Assembly (NCBI GenBank): GCA_964187785.1
Contig: OZ076414.1
Location: forward strand, 30,628,001-30,692,000
Length of the DNA: 64,000 nucleotides
Direction: 5' to 3'
From: Amphiscolops sp. MND2022
Taxonomy: Eukaryota
In this document: piece by piece, positions 60,242-64,000 of the stretch
Position numbering within the stretch: the stretch's first letter is position 1
How the letters are laid out: every line of letters begins with the position of its first letter
Notes under the pieces: generated by a model
Databases searched by the model: none
What the model was told of the DNA's origin: nothing
The model's input: the letters and a program-made list of their open reading frames with translations, nothing else
Translations under genes and position numbers: made by a program

Positions 60242-60697
60242 CATGATGCGTTACTTATGTCGCTTTGATACTCTCGCAAATTTTTCGCGACTTGGTGGGT
60301 TTTTGGAAATATTTACTCTTGAAAATTAATTGACTGGAGTTAGGTATTTCGAATCTTGTTTGTTATGGTTCAAAACTGGTATAATCAATCTAGTTGAAAA
60401 CGCTGATCGAGCTACGACTTAAACTTGGTGTTGGAGTTTACTACATAATACCATCAACTAAACCAAAATTTTAAAAGTACATGAATTGCTTCGTCAGCCT
60501 GTTTTTTGTTTGACACCCATTTTTGAATAGCAATGAAGGTTGATCAAGGTGAAAAAATTGGAAAAAAATATGGAGCAAGATTTCAATTAGTATGTGTGAA
60601 ATAAAATTCCGTAAGAACCCTACTTTCAAGTTTCTTCGTTCCAGCATGGTTATGTATCATAGTTGTAGATCTTTTTTACTGGATTATTCTACGTATG

Positions 60698-61015
60698 AAC
60701 AAGACGGGAACGTAACTTAAGTGGTTAAAAATACCCGAAAGGGGACCTGCCACTTCGATAACAGTTCTTAAACACTGAAAAACCCTAAGATGAGCCCCTT
60801 TAGGTTTGAAAAACTTTTTGAAGTAGAAACGCTGGAAAATCGAACGGGGGACTCTTCGGTGAAAACCTTTTTGACTCGTCAGCAACGATTCATAGGCACA
60901 GTGTGCATACTAACTATTGGCGGCGTGAACAAAAAGTGGACTCGCATGCATTCTACTGTCTAACCAAAAAAACTAGTCACTGTAATAGTCGGACACATTT
61001 TCTTACAAAATACGC
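60698..61015 (-). mobile_element. Degenerate HINE-like element, tail-to-tail with 59748-60241
   Basis: AACAAGACGGGAACG (3' hairpin) at 60698; AAAAACTAGTCACTGTAATAGTCGGAC (reverse complement of the 5' region) at ~60967-60993. Confidence 0.55.
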
Positions 61016-64000
61016 AAAAGTAGCATAAATGTGAGTATTTAAAACGCCTGTCAATGAATCTCTTCCAAGTGGTAATTTTTTCGCATGATTCATGATGACC
61101 TTAAAATTGACAAGACAGCGAAGATTAAAAAGCTCTTGGGCGTCCATTTATTGTTCGATTCCCCTTTGAAAATCATTTTTAGTCGCATGCTCTCTCCCTA
61201 CATTTTTATCAGCCTACATTTTTTATCGGCCACTATGGTGAAAGTTAAGTACTCTACACTACAAGGAAATGAAAATTTTATGCAGTGTTCATAGAAATAT
61301 CAAGTTATGAGTGAAGGTTAAAGAATGCTAAACCGAATGCACTTGATGAGTCGAAAGATTACGATGAACTCAAGTAGTATCTTCAAGTCCTCAATCTTCC
61401 AATACACGGCTTTTGGAGGCACCTTGAACGAGTCTATTTAGAGGTCGATGAAATAAGCAGATCTAAACCTTCAAAATTATAGAAAAAAACGCTCGACGGT
61501 ATAAATTATTTTTCATTCGTATAGTGCTTTTCGTATAGTGTCAAATCTAACAACTTCATCTGAAACTAGTTATTGTGAAACCGGGTTGTATTGTCCTTGG
61601 AAGTTTTTCTGAATATTGAAACTGGATCTACTTTTGAAATATTAATAAACTTGTAAATTGTCTTGTAGATTGTTCACGTGCGCTTCGTAAAACCTAAACT
61701 TTATAGCTCCAAAATTTTCTAAGAAATCGACTCCCGTGAGTCTCCCTAAACGTAGTGTCGTTCTTCCACCACGGCGAATGCATATTTGAGTTCTAAAATA
61801 GAGAATTCCAAGTAAGTCGAAAGTATATTCACAGTGTGTCAAAAAAGAACTGCCAAAAATAGCAAAATCGGCAAGTTATCATCGTTGGTCATCAGTTTCT
61901 TGATTTTTTGATTCTGAGGAATCTCTTACTATAGCTGCCTTTACTTTTCTCCCTGACAAAAAAATTATTTCATAGTAAATTAGCTGGGTCTGTAAAACAT
62001 TGCATCTGTTACGTGAATTAGTTGTAACTGCTGTCAAAAATTACATTGGAGGGGTAGCGAAATAGACTTCTTGGAATTCATTTCAGTCGCTTGTTCTATT
62101 CTTATCGCCTCCGGTCTCACTTGCATTGACATGAAGAAAATGCTGATACGCTCTGGTACTTTTAACATCTGACCGCTTATCATGGCGATGTCAAAATGTC
62201 GAGTATTCAGTTGCTTTTCTCATTCACTGTTTTGTCTTCATGATATTTTGCCATTTCATTTTGATGCATTTTTTCACAAAGATGAATATTTGAAACGCGA
62301 AAGAATGAATCTTGAATTGCAAAAAGTTAACATAAAAGGTTCCTTAACTTGTATCCATAAATAAAGGTGAAAGTGATTGTTTTTCATTCTGATCGAAATT
62401 GTGTTTTTTCCTCCTGATAATGATGCTTGTAACATTTTTAGCTAGCGCTAACCTTTTTTGTTTACGCTTTCACAACGGCCAATAAAAAGGCAATCTTTTC
62501 CCCGGTATTATAAACCAATGAAAATTATCCTTTGGGGTTGAATGGCTGAAACCCATTAACTAATTTAAAAATTTATTTGGTCATATTCGTCAAATTTAGT
62601 TGGTCATAATATCCGATCAAATAAATAGAAGTCACAGTACCTTGTGAATTCATTCTCGAAGGTTAGATTTTTGAGTTTTGGAAAGAAAGTAAATACTAAA
62701 ATTTTTTATTCATTTACAATTATATTAACTTCGAAATTCCCCTAACCATCATTTTTTTACACCATAAGCAGTTTTTCTAAGTCGTTTTCTGAAGGTTTTG
62801 TTTCCCGATGAGCTGAATTATCCCTTATAAAGTCTATGTCGGACAAGAGAAATGCATACAAAACAGTAATTGGTTGGGGGTTTTGAATACTAAATAAGTG
62901 CGAACTACTAAATGGTAAGTTGGTGATAGCTTGTGGATCGTCATGGAAACAAAATGGAACTATACTGATAACATTTTTTTATTGATTGCGCAATTTTATC
63001 TATTACTAATTGGTCCCTAAAATATCTCGATATTTAGTGATTTTTCTATGCATAAAATGGCAAATGAATGCCTTTTAAAGCAAATAAAGATTGTGAAATA
63101 AATGTCAATATCAACCTATGGCTAGTCTCGGTTGTGATTCTCGGCTAACTTTTCCGAATAAAATCGGGCCGACTTGACAAACTAAGGTGCAAATTTTAGA
63201 TGGTACAAGTTGGTCACCTTTACTTCTATGATTTTTATGTAGGCGTTTGGAGTTGTCTAGTAAACATGGCATTTTCCTACGTAAGAATCACCACGATACT
63301 TAGAACACACGCTCTTTCTTGAACTAAAAACAGTTTATTTTTGAATGTATGTAATCGGAACTTCCTTTATTCCAGTTTTAAAGATAATCGGTCTTAAAGA
63401 TAATTCTCCTTCGTTAATTAAAAAATTTTGTGAGACTTGAAAAGTTCATTGCAAAGCGTCCATTAGTGTGTTTTGCAATCAATTGCATTCGCCCACTTTA
63501 TTCTTTTTATTCTGTCCCGAAATGTTTTCTCAATTTTCATTCGATCAAACTTAGAGCTTTCTAAGAACAAAATCCGGAAAACCTCAGAATTTTTACACAG
63601 AAAGAGCAAAAATTTCCAACATATTAACGCCTGCGAAGACTCAACACAAAAAAGTTGTTCTCGTCCATGTTTTTTAAAATGTTTTATTGAAATTCCAATT
63701 TCCAAGGATATGTTTCGCATACATGTGATGTTTTTAAATGGCATGCATGCGTAGAAGTTCATCTTTCAAGTAGTATATTCCAATTTATTATACTTCAATT
63801 TGGTCAATGAATTATCAATGTTTATGAATGTACATTGATAATGTAGTCTCAGGTCAATGTCAATGAAGAACGATTGGCTTGCACTCTACTCTAAATGGTA
63901 GCGTTGTCTCTTTCCAAGATTGGATATTGTGATGGACAAAAGGCTATCGGTGCAGACTAAGATGTATGTATGCATACATGCATAACATGTATGCAGTCTA

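Noticed and set aside
59701-64000. Search for CELF exon 6 (expected GASSSLVVKFAD-like)
   Set aside because: It was not found; this region is treated as intron 5 continuing past the window.

Overview
AT-rich animal (invertebrate) genomic DNA with two parts; the species cannot be assigned from sequence alone. (1) Positions 1-15067 hold most of an unusually large (>15 kb), decayed Ty3/Gypsy LTR retrotransposon on the minus strand. Its LTRs (2-449 vs 14619-15067) are ~97% identical, and gag and pol (PR, dUTPase-like, RT, RH, INT) are joined by a TTTAAAC -1 frameshift site. Between pol and the 3' LTR lie ~7 kb of accessory DNA: a five-exon, spliceosomal-intron-containing gene in ANTISENSE orientation (~1,100 aa when repaired, with a hAT-transposase-like zinc finger and C-terminus), and a divergently oriented 340-codon ORF that ends inside the 3' LTR. 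A ~32-33-nt repeat with CCGCAT-N5-CGCAT cores forms three arrays: in the LTR, between the two divergent accessory genes, and in an intron of the antisense gene. This retroelement-borne gene/repeat-array module is the best candidate for an undescribed system. (2) Positions 19473-59700 (+) contain the first five coding exons (RRM1 and most of RRM2) of a CELF3-6/Bruno-like RNA-binding protein gene; the gene continues beyond the window. Its 3.5-16.5 kb introns are packed with Helentron-type (HINE/DINE-1-like) non-autonomous elements, several arranged as inverted pairs, plus two hAT-type MITEs with 8-bp TSDs. All gene models and alignments were made by eye; no database searches were run.
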